Below, in pieces: positions 48,010 through 57,865 of a DNA stretch of 64,000 nt. Source of the DNA: an uncultured Acidobacteriota bacterium (GTDB taxonomy: Bacteria; Acidobacteriota; Thermoanaerobaculia; UBA5066; Gp7-AA6). Numbering within the stretch: the stretch's first letter is position 1; the number at the start of each line of letters is the position of its first letter. Under the pieces are notes generated by a model. The model saw nothing but the letters and a program-made list of their open reading frames with translations, had not been told where the DNA came from and ran no database searches. The stretch spans positions 128,001 through 192,000 of the forward strand of contig CAVXTP010000021.1 in the NCBI GenBank assembly GCA_963764715.1. Reading direction: 5' to 3'. The translations under genes were made by a program, and so were the position numbers.

Positions 48010-48704
48010 GTACCGGGCCGCGGCGAGAGAGTCGCGAGCAACTGGGCGTGGTCCGGGTGCAGCGGCGCCGCCGCGTCGATCGAGAGCTCCGCGATGACGA
48101 CGCGCTCGGCGTGCAGCATGGGGCGGGCCGCCCCGGCGAGCGCCTGCCGGTGCCCTCGTCCGCGCACCCCGTGCCAGCGCGTCGCCCCGCCGTAGAGGTC
48201 GTCGCCGACGATCGGATGCCCGTGGGCTGCGAGGTGGACTCGAATCTGGTGCGTGCGGCCCGTCTCTGGAAAAAGGCGCAGGTCGGCGACCGAGGGGAGA
48301 CGCGCCAGGGTCTCGTAGCGGGTGAGGGCGGCCTTGCCGTCGTGCCGGACCTTCATCTTCCGGCCGTCCCTGGGGTCCTGTCCGAGGGGATCGTCGTAGG
48401 TGCCCCGGGCCGGCGTGGGATGTCCCCAGGCGAGGGCCCGATAGGTCTTGCGCGCGCCGCGGGACTGGAAAGCCCGGGAGAGCGCGCGGTGCGCCTGGTC
48501 GTTCTTCGCGAGAAGCACGACCCCCGAGGTGCCGACGTCGAGCCGGTGGACGAGCAGGAGCGGCTCCGCGGGGTCCTCGCCGCAGGCTTCGAGCAGCCGT
48601 GCGACGGCCTGCGCCGCCGACTTGTCCTCCCTCGCCGAGGTCGCCATCGAGACGCCGGGCGGTTTGTCGAGCGCGACGGCGAGCTCGTTCTCGAAGAGCC
48701 TCAA
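48006..48704 (-). CDS. RluA/RluD family pseudouridine synthase (no S4 domain)
   Basis: DKPPG, VHRLDVGTSG, KTYRA, TGRTHQIRVHL, PIVGDDLY, LHA. TTG start overlaps the upstream stop. Confidence 0.88.
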   Translation of the reverse strand: MRLFENELAVALDKPPGVSMATSAREDKSAAQAVARLLEACGEDPAEPLLLVHRLDVGTSGVVLLAKNDQAHRALSRAFQSRGARKTYRALAWGHPTPARGTYDDPLGQDPRDGRKMKVRHDGKAALTRYETLARLPSVADLRLFPETGRTHQIRVHLAAHGHPIVGDDLYGGATRWHGVRGRGHRQALAGAARPMLHAERVVIAELSIDAAAPLHPDHAQLLATLSPRPGT

Positions 48705-49615
48705 CGGGCCTGGAACCGGTCGTACACCATGCGTGAAAGCTCGGCCCCGAGCCGGAAGGTGTCGTTGTCGGCGCTCGCGCGCTTGTCCTTGATCCTCCGC
48801 GCGCAGATGGCGATGACGAAGCGCGCCTTCGGTCCCTTGACGTACGCGGCGTCGTTGCGGACGTCGCCCCGGAAGCCCTTCGCGTCGGGGTTCTTCTCCT
48901 CGTCCCAGCCGGTCTTGTTGGCGACGAGGATCTCGTCCGTCTCGAAGGGGAGAGATCGCGGGATCATGGCCCGGTCCTGCTGGGTCGCGAGCAGCGCGAT
49001 CATCTCGTCGCAGGCGGAGCGCGACACGACCCTGCCCTGCGCGATCAGCTCCATCAGCGTCGCGGCCTCCCGCGGCGTCGTCGAGCCCAGGCCGAACTCC
49101 TTCTCCTCCTCCGGCAGAACGTCGGCGCGGCCGTCGCGGAAAGTGGGCCGGTAGAGGCGCGTCTTCGTCAGGCCGAGTGAGTCGAGCAGCGCGTCGACGT
49201 TCGCCGTCCCGACCATTCCCACGAGGAGGTTCGTGGCCGTGTTGTCGCTGTAGGCGATCATGAACTTCAGGAGATCCGAGACCGTGAGCACCGTCCCGTC
49301 GTGGAGCATGTTGAGGGGAATCGTCTCGTCGCCGACCTTGTCGGAGTCGTGGAGCGTGACCGGCGTTTTCTTGCCGAACTTGCCCGCCTCGATCTGCCGG
49401 AAGACCTCGGCCATGACGGCGACCTTGATGAGGCTCGCCGTGGGGAACCGCTGGTCGGCGTTGACCGCGACCACTTCGCCCGTTTCGAGGTTCTTCGCGT
49501 AGAGGCCCATTTCGCCCTGGAAGGTCTTGATCTTCGCGGCGAGCGCCGCGTCGAGAGCACTGGGGGCCGGCGCGGCGGCGGCGACCGCGAACCAAAAGAG
49601 CGCGGCGGCGATCAT
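48701..49615 (-). CDS. Class A beta-lactamase-related serine hydrolase
   Basis: Signal peptide; ASLIK (SxxK), YSDNTATN, STTP, NKTG. Confidence 0.85.
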   Translation of the reverse strand: MIAAALFWFAVAAAAPAPSALDAALAAKIKTFQGEMGLYAKNLETGEVVAVNADQRFPTASLIKVAVMAEVFRQIEAGKFGKKTPVTLHDSDKVGDETIPLNMLHDGTVLTVSDLLKFMIAYSDNTATNLLVGMVGTANVDALLDSLGLTKTRLYRPTFRDGRADVLPEEEKEFGLGSTTPREAATLMELIAQGRVVSRSACDEMIALLATQQDRAMIPRSLPFETDEILVANKTGWDEEKNPDAKGFRGDVRNDAAYVKGPKARFVIAICARRIKDKRASADNDTFRLGAELSRMVYDRFQAR

Positions 49616-49684
49616 CGAGCGCCGATGCTATCCCGCCCGGCTTCGGCGCGATAAGCTTCGCGGCGCACTTCGAGAGGAAAAATC

Positions 49685-51226
49685 ATGAAGCGAATCATTG
49701 CGGCCTCGATCCTCGTCTGCGCCCTGGCCGTGTCGGCTCTCGGCCAGGAGAAGCCCGCGGACAAGCCCGCGCCGCCCCCGGACGCCGCGAAGAAGGAGCC
49801 GCCGAAGGCCGAGCAGTCCGTCACGCAGCACACGGCCGTCATCGGCGGCGTTCCGGTGGCGTTCACGGCGACGGCCGGCACGCTCATCGTTCCGAACGCC
49901 AAGGACGAGCCGTGGGCGAGCATGGGATACGTGGCCTACGTGCGAAAAGACGCCGGAGCGGCCGCGCGCCGTCCGATCGCGTTCTGCTACAACGGCGGAC
50001 CCGGCTCGTCGTCGATCTGGCTCCACATGGGGGCGCTCGGCCCGCGCCGTGTCGTGGTCGCGGACGCCGCGCCCACGCCGCCGCCGCCGTACCAGGTCGT
50101 CGACAACGCCTACAGCCTGCTCGACAAGGTCGACATCGTGATGATCGATCCGGTCGGCACGGGTCTCTCGAAGCCCGTCGGCGACTTCAAGAACCAGGAC
50201 TTCTGGGGCGTGGATCCCGACATCGAGTCGATCGCGCGCTTCATCAAGCAGTACGTGTCGGACAACGGCCGCTGGAACTCGCCCAAGTACCTGATCGGCG
50301 AGAGCTACGGAACGACGCGCTCGCCCGGAATCGTCGATTGGCTCCAGAGCCGGGGCGGGATGGCTTTCAACGGCGTCGTCCTGATCTCGCTCGCGACGGA
50401 TCTCGGCGCGATCTTCGCCATGCCCGGCAACGACCAGCCCTATCCGCTCATCCTTCCGAGCTACGCGGCGACGTCCTGGTACCACAAGGCGCTGCCGAAC
50501 CCGCCCAAAGACCTCGAGCCCTGGCTGACGGAGGTCCGCCGCTTCGCCGCGGTCGACTACCCGGCGGCGCTCGCCGAGGGCGACCGTCTGACCGACGACC
50601 GGCGCGCGGCGGTCGCGAAGACGCTCCACGAATACACGGGGCTCTCGGAGGAGTACCTGAAACTGGCGAATCTGCGCGTGTCCGAGAGCGAGTACACGCA
50701 GGAGCTCCTCCGGCAGAAGGGCATCACGATCGGCCGTCTCGACTCGCGGTTCGTGGGCCCGACGTTCGATCCCCTCGCGAAGGAGACGGAGAACGACCCG
50801 CAGTCCAACTCGATCACCGGCGCGTACACGGCCGCCTTTCTCGACTGGTACCACGACGGCCTGAAGTTCGGCGTCGGCAAGAACTACGTCGTGACGGCCG
50901 AGGCCTGGCGGACCTGGGACTTCAAGCACGCGGTGCCCGGACTGCCGTTCCCCTCGCCGACGCTGACGAACACCAACGGCGACCTCGGGCGCGCGATGGC
51001 CTTCAATCCGAACCTGCGCGTCCTCGCTCTCAACGGCCAGTTCGACCTCGCGACGCCCTTCTTCGCGAGCGAGTACATGATGGCGCACGTCTCGTCCCAG
51101 AAGGACGTCAAGGCCCGCATCGAGATGAAGTACTACCCGGCCGGCCACATGATGTACGTCAACGAGGCGTCACTGAAGGCGATGAAAGCCGACATGGCGG
51201 ACTTCATCGGGCGGACTTCGAAGTAG
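49685..51226 (+). CDS. Secreted S10 serine carboxypeptidase
   Basis: NGGPGSSS, IDPVGTG, GESYG, DLATP, GHMMY. Confidence 0.92.
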   Translation: MKRIIAASILVCALAVSALGQEKPADKPAPPPDAAKKEPPKAEQSVTQHTAVIGGVPVAFTATAGTLIVPNAKDEPWASMGYVAYVRKDAGAAARRPIAFCYNGGPGSSSIWLHMGALGPRRVVVADAAPTPPPPYQVVDNAYSLLDKVDIVMIDPVGTGLSKPVGDFKNQDFWGVDPDIESIARFIKQYVSDNGRWNSPKYLIGESYGTTRSPGIVDWLQSRGGMAFNGVVLISLATDLGAIFAMPGNDQPYPLILPSYAATSWYHKALPNPPKDLEPWLTEVRRFAAVDYPAALAEGDRLTDDRRAAVAKTLHEYTGLSEEYLKLANLRVSESEYTQELLRQKGITIGRLDSRFVGPTFDPLAKETENDPQSNSITGAYTAAFLDWYHDGLKFGVGKNYVVTAEAWRTWDFKHAVPGLPFPSPTLTNTNGDLGRAMAFNPNLRVLALNGQFDLATPFFASEYMMAHVSSQKDVKARIEMKYYPAGHMMYVNEASLKAMKADMADFIGRTSK

Positions 51227-51261
51227 CTCGACGGAGACTGCGCCGTGAGGAGTGTCTCCTC

Positions 51262-51438
51262 ACCCGGATGAGGCTCGAGTCCGCGGCGCGCGAAGTCTCC
51301 CGAAGTAACCGAGGGAGGAGGCGCGCGCCGCGGTAGCGAACGCGGAGCGAGGGGGTCAGGCGAGCGGTCGAGCCGGCATCCCGGCGAGCCGCTCGCCGGT
51401 GCGGCCGAAGGCCGCAGACCCCCGAGCGCAGCGTTCGC
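51262..51438 (+). repeat. Dispersed structured element, copy C
   Basis: Reverse complement of copy A with a few substitutions, some compensatory. Confidence 0.9.
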
Positions 51439-51857
51439 TACGGTACTGCCACCTGGTACATCAGCGCGCCGCCCGAGTAGAACGGCATGTAGAACGTGCC
51501 GGCGCAGTTCATGTACGAGCGGCCGTTGACCGACATGCTCGAGCAGCCGACGGGCGGGAGCGTCGTGACGACGGTGCCGACGGCCGGGGCGTACGCGACG
51601 GGCGCGGCGTAATAGACGGGGGCCGGGGCGTAGTACGCCGGCTGGGCCGCGGAGGCCACGGCCGCACCGACCATCGCCCCGCCGATCGCGGCGCCGGCGA
51701 CCGCCGCCCCGGAATAGCCGTGATAGCAGCAGGGCGGGTGGTAGGCGACAGCGACGCCGCCGTGGTATCCGCCGGCGGCGACCCAGGCGCGGGCCGGCGA
51801 CGAAAGCGAAAGGAACGCGGCGGCGGCGAGAAACGCGGCGAGTGCTCGGGTCTTCAT
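51438..51857 (-). CDS. Secreted Gly/Ala/Tyr-rich protein (DUF6515-like)
   Basis: Signal peptide; VVTTLPPVGC...VNGRSYMNCAGTFY. Confidence 0.7.
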   Translation of the reverse strand: MKTRALAAFLAAAAFLSLSSPARAWVAAGGYHGGVAVAYHPPCCYHGYSGAAVAGAAIGGAMVGAAVASAAQPAYYAPAPVYYAAPVAYAPAVGTVVTTLPPVGCSSMSVNGRSYMNCAGTFYMPFYSGGALMYQVAVP

Positions 51858-51877
51858 GGAGTGCTCCTGTCCGTTCT

Positions 51878-52672
51878 TTACTGCTTCACGGTCTTCCAGT
51901 CGACCTTCGTCGCGCCGGCCGGCGGCGTGAAGACGAACTGGTCGGCGGGAAGTGTCGGGGCCAGATTCCAGTCGGAAAGCGACGTCACGACCCGCGGCGT
52001 TCCCTTCTCTTTCTTGTAGGTGACGGCGATCCGGCGGGGAAGCGGTTTCGCGCCGTCCTCGATCCAGACCTGCCAGTCGGCGTCGGGCTCGGAGAAGGCG
52101 AGGTGGCGGCAGACGACGCCGTCGATCCGGGCCTCGCCCGCGTCGAACGCCGTCGTCACGCCCTCCATCATCTTGGCGTACGGGTCCTTCAGGAGAAACC
52201 CCGCGGCCGGAAACGGCATCTGGAAGCGGTCCATCAGCATGAGGACCGCTTCGTCGATCGAGGGCGGAGCGTCGGCCTGGCCGTAGAAGGCGCTCTTCGT
52301 GGAGTAGATCGCCATGGTCCTGCCGTCGTACCAGAGCGACGCATCGTGCAGGTCGCCGACCGTGTCGACGCGGAGCTTGTTCGGCCGGGTGGCGGCGACC
52401 GTCGACACGGCGAAGAAGTCGAGCATCGGCCCGTTGACGGAGGGCATCTCCCGGTCGGACACGGCCTTGAAAGTGAAGCTTCCGGCGCCCTTCAGGAGAT
52501 CGCTCATCGCCTTCAGGCGGCCGAGCGCCTCCGGCTCCAGCGGCGGCGGTGGAACGGGCGTCGCCACCGGGGCGGGCGCCGGCGTCTGCGCTGCAGCGGG
52601 AGCGGCGGCCAGCAGGAGGGCCGGGACGGCGGCCCAGGCGGCGGAGAAGCGAATCCGGGAGGGGATTCTCAC
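51878..52672 (-). CDS. DUF2092 periplasmic protein
   Basis: AGGAGG RBS plus GTG 52672; RPNKLR, YDG, CRHLAF, DWQVWI, FVFTPPAGA. Confidence 0.82.
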   Translation of the reverse strand: MRIPSRIRFSAAWAAVPALLLAAAPAAAQTPAPAPVATPVPPPPLEPEALGRLKAMSDLLKGAGSFTFKAVSDREMPSVNGPMLDFFAVSTVAATRPNKLRVDTVGDLHDASLWYDGRTMAIYSTKSAFYGQADAPPSIDEAVLMLMDRFQMPFPAAGFLLKDPYAKMMEGVTTAFDAGEARIDGVVCRHLAFSEPDADWQVWIEDGAKPLPRRIAVTYKKEKGTPRVVTSLSDWNLAPTLPADQFVFTPPAGATKVDWKTVKQ

Positions 52673-52754
52673 GTGACCTCCTGATCGGTTGGGGGTATCG
52701 ACGGTGAGGATTAGATCACGGCGTTCGTTGTAGGCTCTTCGCGACCTTGATTCC

Positions 52755-55172
52755 GTGGCTGACGTGACTCTCACCACCGGCACCCGTCTCGGGCCCTACG
52801 AAATCGTCGCGCCGATCGGCGCGGGTGGAATGGGCGAGGTCTACCGCGCCCGGGACAGCCGCCTCGGCCGCGAGGTGGCCGTCAAGGTCCTGCCGCAGGC
52901 CGTGGCGTCGGACGGGGACCGGTTGCGCCGCTTCGAGCAGGAGGCGCGCTCCGCCTCCGCGCTGAATCATCCCAACATCGTCACGATCCACGACGTGGGC
53001 CGCACGGAGGGCGTGTCGTGGATCGCGATGGAGCTCGTGGACGGCGCGAGCCTGCGCCAGCTCCTGGCGGGCGGCGCGCTGCCGTCGAAGCAGGCGCTGT
53101 CGATCGGCGCGCAGGTCGCCGCCGGCCTCGCCAAGGCGCACGGCGCGGGCATCGTTCACCGGGACCTGAAGCCCGAGAACGTCATGGTGACCTCCGAAGG
53201 TCTCGTGAAGATCCTCGACTTCGGCCTGGCCAAGTCCGCGCCCGGGCGCGCCGAGGGAAGCCAGGTCCTCACCGCGACGCAGCAGACGAGCGCCGGCGTC
53301 GTTCTGGGGACGGTCGGATACATGTCGCCGGAGCAGGCGACCGGGAAGGCGATCGACTACCGCTCCGACCAGTTCGCCCTCGGCGCCATCCTCTACGAGA
53401 TGGCCTCCGGCCGTCGGCCCTTCCAGCGCGCGACGCCGGTCGAGACGCTTTCGGCGATTCTGAAGGAGGAGCCGGAGCCGCTGTCGACCGTCGGCCCGGC
53501 GGCGCCCGAGGCGCTGACGTGGATCGTCGGGCGGTGTCTCGCGAAGGAGCCGGAGGAGCGCTATCAGTCGACGCGCGATCTCGCGCGCGACCTCGCCGAC
53601 GTGCGGGACCGCACCTCGGGGATCGCGCCGGCGTCCGCAAGGGCGCCGCGGGTCCGCGCCGGCCCCCGCGCCGCGCTCGTCGTGGCGGCGCTGGTTCTCG
53701 CCGCGGCGGCGGCGTTCGTCGCGGTGCGCAGCCGGGCGAAGCCGGCGGCGGAGGGCGCGGTGCGGTCGCTCGCGGTCCTGCCCTTGAAGCCCCTCGGCGG
53801 CGATGCGAGTGACGAGGCGCTGGGCCTGGGGATCGCGGACACGATCATCCGGGGGTTGAGCGGCGCGGGAGCCATTCCCGTGCGCCCGCTGTCGGCCGTC
53901 CGCCGTTACGCGAAGTCGGACACGGACGCGGTGACGGCGGCGAAAGAGCTTCGCACCGATGCCGTCCTCGAGGGCTCGGTGCAGCGGTCGGGAGGCAAGC
54001 TTCGCGTCAGCGTCAACCTCCTCCGGGTCGGCGACGGAAGCTCGATCTGGGCCGAGTCCTTCGACGTGCCGGCTTCGGAGGTCTTCGAGGTCCAGGACAA
54101 GGTCTCGGAGTCCGTCGTCAGCCGCCTGCGCCTCCACCTGGAGCCGGCGCAGCGCGACCGCTTGAAGAAGCGGTACACGGAAAACCCCGAGGCGTACCAG
54201 GAGTTCGTGCTCGGGGCGAGCGAGGAGGACAAGGCGGGGCCGGGCTGGGGCGGCGACCACCTTCGGGAAGCGATCCGTCGCTACGAGCGCGCGGTGGCGC
54301 TCGACCCCGACTACGCCCTGGCGCGTGCGCGGCTGGCCGGGGCGTACCTCTGGGTCGACCTGTTTTTCGAGCCCGGCGCGGGTTACCTCGAAAAGGCCAG
54401 GGCCGCGGCGTCGGAGGCCGAGCGGCTCGACTCGCAGCTCGCCGAGACCCACCTGTTCCGGTATCAGCTGGCCTGGAGCCATTACCAGAACTTCGACATT
54501 CGAACCGCCCTGCGCGAGCTCCGGGCCGCGCTCGCCCTGGATCCCCTGGAAGCGCACGGGGAGCTCGCGATCCTCCATGCGCACATCGGACTCGAAGACG
54601 CCTTCCGTCGCGAGTCGGCCCGCGGGCTGGAGATCGACCCGTCGTCCGACCTGGCGCGGAGGTGGAGCGTGGAGGGGCTCGTGCTCCTCGGGCGTTTCGA
54701 GGAGTCTCTCGCCGCCGCGAGGCAGTTCCAGCTTCCCTTCTCGGAGGTGCGGCTCCCGATGAGCCTTCTCTCGCTCGGTCGCTACGACGAGGCGCGGGCC
54801 GCCACCGAAGCCCTCCTCAAGCAGACTCCGGGGCACCACACCGCAGTGGCCATGAGGGAGCTCGTCGCCGTCGTCTCCGGGGAGCGGCCCGTCGACGAGG
54901 CGGCGATCGCGCACGCCCTCGAGTCGGGCAAGCTCAAGCGCGACTACCACCACACGCTGTACTCCGTCGCGTGCATCCGCGCGGCGCAGGGCGACAGCCG
55001 CGGGTCCGTCGAGATGCTGCGGCGCACCATCGAGGCCGGAATGCCGGACCGGACGCTGTTCCTCGCGGACCCCCTCCTCGCCCGCGTCCGGTCCACGCCG
55101 GAGTTCGCCGCCTTCGACGCCGAGTTCGAGCCGGAGTGGGGCCGGCTCGTCAAAGGCGACTCGGCAAGCTGA
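52755..55172 (+). CDS. Ser/Thr kinase with TolB-N-like and TPR domains
   Basis: [29 protein letters not shown]; SLAVLPL; ALDPDYALA TPR-like repeats. Confidence 0.92.
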   Translation: MADVTLTTGTRLGPYEIVAPIGAGGMGEVYRARDSRLGREVAVKVLPQAVASDGDRLRRFEQEARSASALNHPNIVTIHDVGRTEGVSWIAMELVDGASLRQLLAGGALPSKQALSIGAQVAAGLAKAHGAGIVHRDLKPENVMVTSEGLVKILDFGLAKSAPGRAEGSQVLTATQQTSAGVVLGTVGYMSPEQATGKAIDYRSDQFALGAILYEMASGRRPFQRATPVETLSAILKEEPEPLSTVGPAAPEALTWIVGRCLAKEPEERYQSTRDLARDLADVRDRTSGIAPASARAPRVRAGPRAALVVAALVLAAAAAFVAVRSRAKPAAEGAVRSLAVLPLKPLGGDASDEALGLGIADTIIRGLSGAGAIPVRPLSAVRRYAKSDTDAVTAAKELRTDAVLEGSVQRSGGKLRVSVNLLRVGDGSSIWAESFDVPASEVFEVQDKVSESVVSRLRLHLEPAQRDRLKKRYTENPEAYQEFVLGASEEDKAGPGWGGDHLREAIRRYERAVALDPDYALARARLAGAYLWVDLFFEPGAGYLEKARAAASEAERLDSQLAETHLFRYQLAWSHYQNFDIRTALRELRAALALDPLEAHGELAILHAHIGLEDAFRRESARGLEIDPSSDLARRWSVEGLVLLGRFEESLAAARQFQLPFSEVRLPMSLLSLGRYDEARAATEALLKQTPGHHTAVAMRELVAVVSGERPVDEAAIAHALESGKLKRDYHHTLYSVACIRAAQGDSRGSVEMLRRTIEAGMPDRTLFLADPLLARVRSTPEFAAFDAEFEPEWGRLVKGDSAS

Positions 55173-55188
55173 TAGGCTTTTCCCAATC

Positions 55189-57855
55189 TTGTCCCTGTCC
55201 GCCGGCTCGCGACTCGGCCCCTACGAGATCCTCGCCCCCATCGGCGCGGGTGGGATGGGGGAGGTCTACAAGGCGAGGGACACGCGGCTCGAGCGCACGG
55301 TGGCGGTGAAGGTGCTGCCGCAGCACCTGTCGGCGTCGCCGGAAGTCCGCCAGCGGTTCGAGCGCGAGGCGAAGACGGTTTCGCAGCTCTCGCATCCCCA
55401 CATCTGCGCGCTCTACGACGTGGGGCGCGAGGGCGAGACCGAGTACCTCGTCATGGAATACCTCGAGGGCGAGACGCTCTCGGACCGCCTGGCGCGCGGG
55501 TCGCTCCCGCTCTCCCAGACGCTGAAGTTCGGCGTCGAGATCGCCGACGCGCTCGACAAGGCGCACCGGCAGGGGATCGTCCACCGGGACCTGAAGCCCG
55601 GCAACGTGATGCTGACGAAGACGGGCGTCAAGCTCCTCGACTTCGGGCTCGCCAAGGCAATGGCGCCCTCGGCGCCGCCGTCGGGCGCCACGTCGATGCC
55701 GACGATGATGGGCGCGGCCACGGGCGGCAACCTCACGCAGGAAGGCACGATCCTCGGGACGTTCCAGTACATGGCCCCCGAGCAGCTCGAAGGCCGCGAG
55801 GCCGACGGCCGGACGGACATCTTCGCTTTCGGGTGCGTGCTCTACGAGATGGCGACGGGGCGGAAAGCGTTCGCCGGCTCGTCGCAGGCGTCGTTGATCT
55901 CGTCGATCATGAAGGAGGAGCCGGCGCCGGTCTCCTCGGTGATGCCGACGTCGCCGCCGGCGCTGGACCGGGTGATCCGGAAGGCGCTGTCGAAGGACCC
56001 GGAGGACCGGTGGCAGAGCGCGGGGGACCTCGGCAGCGAGCTGAAGTGGATCGCGGAGGGCGGCTCGGCGAGCGGGATCGCGGCGCCGGCGCTCCCGTCG
56101 CGGCGCAAACGCCTCGCCTGGCTGCCGTGGGCGGTCGCCGTCATCCTCGCGGCGGCCGCGTTCGCCGCGGGTGTGCGGGCACGCCGCGCTCCCGAGATCT
56201 CCGTAACGCGCTCCTCGATCGAGCTTCCGCCCGAGATGGATCTCTATCGCTGGACTTCACCCGCGATCTCGCCCGACGGCTCGACGCTGGTCTTCGTCTC
56301 GACGGGAGCCGACCGGAAGCGCCAGCTCTGGGTTCGCCGGATGGACGGCTTCGCCGTGCAGCCCCTCGCCGGGACGGACGACGCCATGGGTCCGTTCTGG
56401 TCTCCCGACGGACAATCGATCGGGTTCTTCGCGGCCCGCAAGCTCAAGCGCATACCGGCCGCGGGAGGTGCCGTGCAGACGATCTGCGACGCGCAGGACG
56501 GTCGCGGCGCCAGCTGGAGCGTCGAAGACTTCATCGTCTTCGCGCCGGCTCCCTTCTCGGGCCTCTTCCGGGTGCCCGCCACGGGCGGCGCCCCGGTGGC
56601 CGTCACGAAAGTGGAAGGCCACGGACGGACGCACCGTCTTCCGTGGTTCCTGCCGGACGGCAAGCATCTGCTCTATCTGTCGGGCACGCAGACGTCGGAC
56701 GTCGACCAGGACACCAGCATCCAGGCGCTCGATCTCGCGACCGGCAAGTCCACACTCGTGGCCCGGGAAAACAGCGAGGGACGCTTCGCCGAACCGGGGT
56801 ACCTCGTGTTCGTGCGCGAGGGAAACCTCCTCGCGCAGCCGTTCGACCGTAAGACGCTGAAGACGACGGGCCCGGCGGTTCCGATCGCGGAAGGAGTGGC
56901 TTTCGAAGCGTTTCGCTGGATCGGGAAGTTCGCGATTTCGAATACGGGAAGGCTGGTGTACCAGTCCAACGAGGCCTTCCGAAAGAGCCGCCTGACGTGG
57001 TTCGACCTCGACGGCAAGCCGCTCGGCGCCGTGGGCGAGGCCACCAACTTCTTCACGGTATCCCTGTCGCCCGACGCGCGACGCGTCGTTGCGACCGTGC
57101 TCGGCAACAAGAACCTGCGGCCCGAGATTCGCCTCTACGACCTCGAAAGAGGCGTCGGATCCCGCTTTACGTTCGGCGTCCAGGGCTCGAATTTCCCGGC
57201 GTGGTCTCCGGACGGAAGCGCGATTGCGTACGGAGACCCGGGGTCCGGCGTCCGCGTGAAAGCTTCCGATGGAAGCTCGGAGTCGAAGCTGGTCTTCGCC
57301 GAGAAGGCGAACATCTGGCCGCTCTCCTGGTCGGCCGATGGCAAGCGCATGCTGCTCCGGCTCCAGGACAACCAGAGCGGAGGCGTCGATCTCTGGGACC
57401 TCCCGCTCGAGGGGGAATCAAAGCCTCGAAAGCTCTTCCCGACGGACCCGGACGAGCTCCAGAACGGCGCGATCTCTCCGGACGGACGGTGGCTCCTGTA
57501 CGTCTCGAACGAGACCGGACGCCGCGAGATCTACGTCGTGCCCTATCCCTCGCTGGGCGAGAAGCGGCAGGTGTCGACGGCGGGGGCCGAATCCGGAGTC
57601 TGGCTCGGCGATAAGGCGATCCTCTACGAACAACCTCCCGAGGGCCGGCTCTTCGTCGTCGACGTCGACACCCAGAACGGGGGACTTCGACTCGGCGCGC
57701 CGCGGCCGATCTTCGGCGGCAAGCCGGCTCCCCGAGGTCCGTTCGACGCGGCGCGCGACGGAAAGCGGCTCCTCTTCGCGGTCCCCGTCGAAGACAGCGC
57801 GTCGGCGCAGATCCGGTTCGTGTCGGACTGGCGGGCCGAGCTTCCGAAAAAGTAG
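55189..57855 (+). CDS. Ser/Thr kinase with a PD40/TolB-like beta-propeller
   Basis: HRDLKPGN, DFGLAK, YMAPEQ; repeated SPDG motifs. Confidence 0.92.
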   Translation: MSLSAGSRLGPYEILAPIGAGGMGEVYKARDTRLERTVAVKVLPQHLSASPEVRQRFEREAKTVSQLSHPHICALYDVGREGETEYLVMEYLEGETLSDRLARGSLPLSQTLKFGVEIADALDKAHRQGIVHRDLKPGNVMLTKTGVKLLDFGLAKAMAPSAPPSGATSMPTMMGAATGGNLTQEGTILGTFQYMAPEQLEGREADGRTDIFAFGCVLYEMATGRKAFAGSSQASLISSIMKEEPAPVSSVMPTSPPALDRVIRKALSKDPEDRWQSAGDLGSELKWIAEGGSASGIAAPALPSRRKRLAWLPWAVAVILAAAAFAAGVRARRAPEISVTRSSIELPPEMDLYRWTSPAISPDGSTLVFVSTGADRKRQLWVRRMDGFAVQPLAGTDDAMGPFWSPDGQSIGFFAARKLKRIPAAGGAVQTICDAQDGRGASWSVEDFIVFAPAPFSGLFRVPATGGAPVAVTKVEGHGRTHRLPWFLPDGKHLLYLSGTQTSDVDQDTSIQALDLATGKSTLVARENSEGRFAEPGYLVFVREGNLLAQPFDRKTLKTTGPAVPIAEGVAFEAFRWIGKFAISNTGRLVYQSNEAFRKSRLTWFDLDGKPLGAVGEATNFFTVSLSPDARRVVATVLGNKNLRPEIRLYDLERGVGSRFTFGVQGSNFPAWSPDGSAIAYGDPGSGVRVKASDGSSESKLVFAEKANIWPLSWSADGKRMLLRLQDNQSGGVDLWDLPLEGESKPRKLFPTDPDELQNGAISPDGRWLLYVSNETGRREIYVVPYPSLGEKRQVSTAGAESGVWLGDKAILYEQPPEGRLFVVDVDTQNGGLRLGAPRPIFGGKPAPRGPFDAARDGKRLLFAVPVEDSASAQIRFVSDWRAELPKK

Positions 57856-57865
57856 CGGCTTTCGG

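Noticed and set aside
51438-52672. DUF2092 plus small secreted protein pair as a novel system
   Set aside because: As far as I recall this is a widespread pairing, and nothing here adds functional information.
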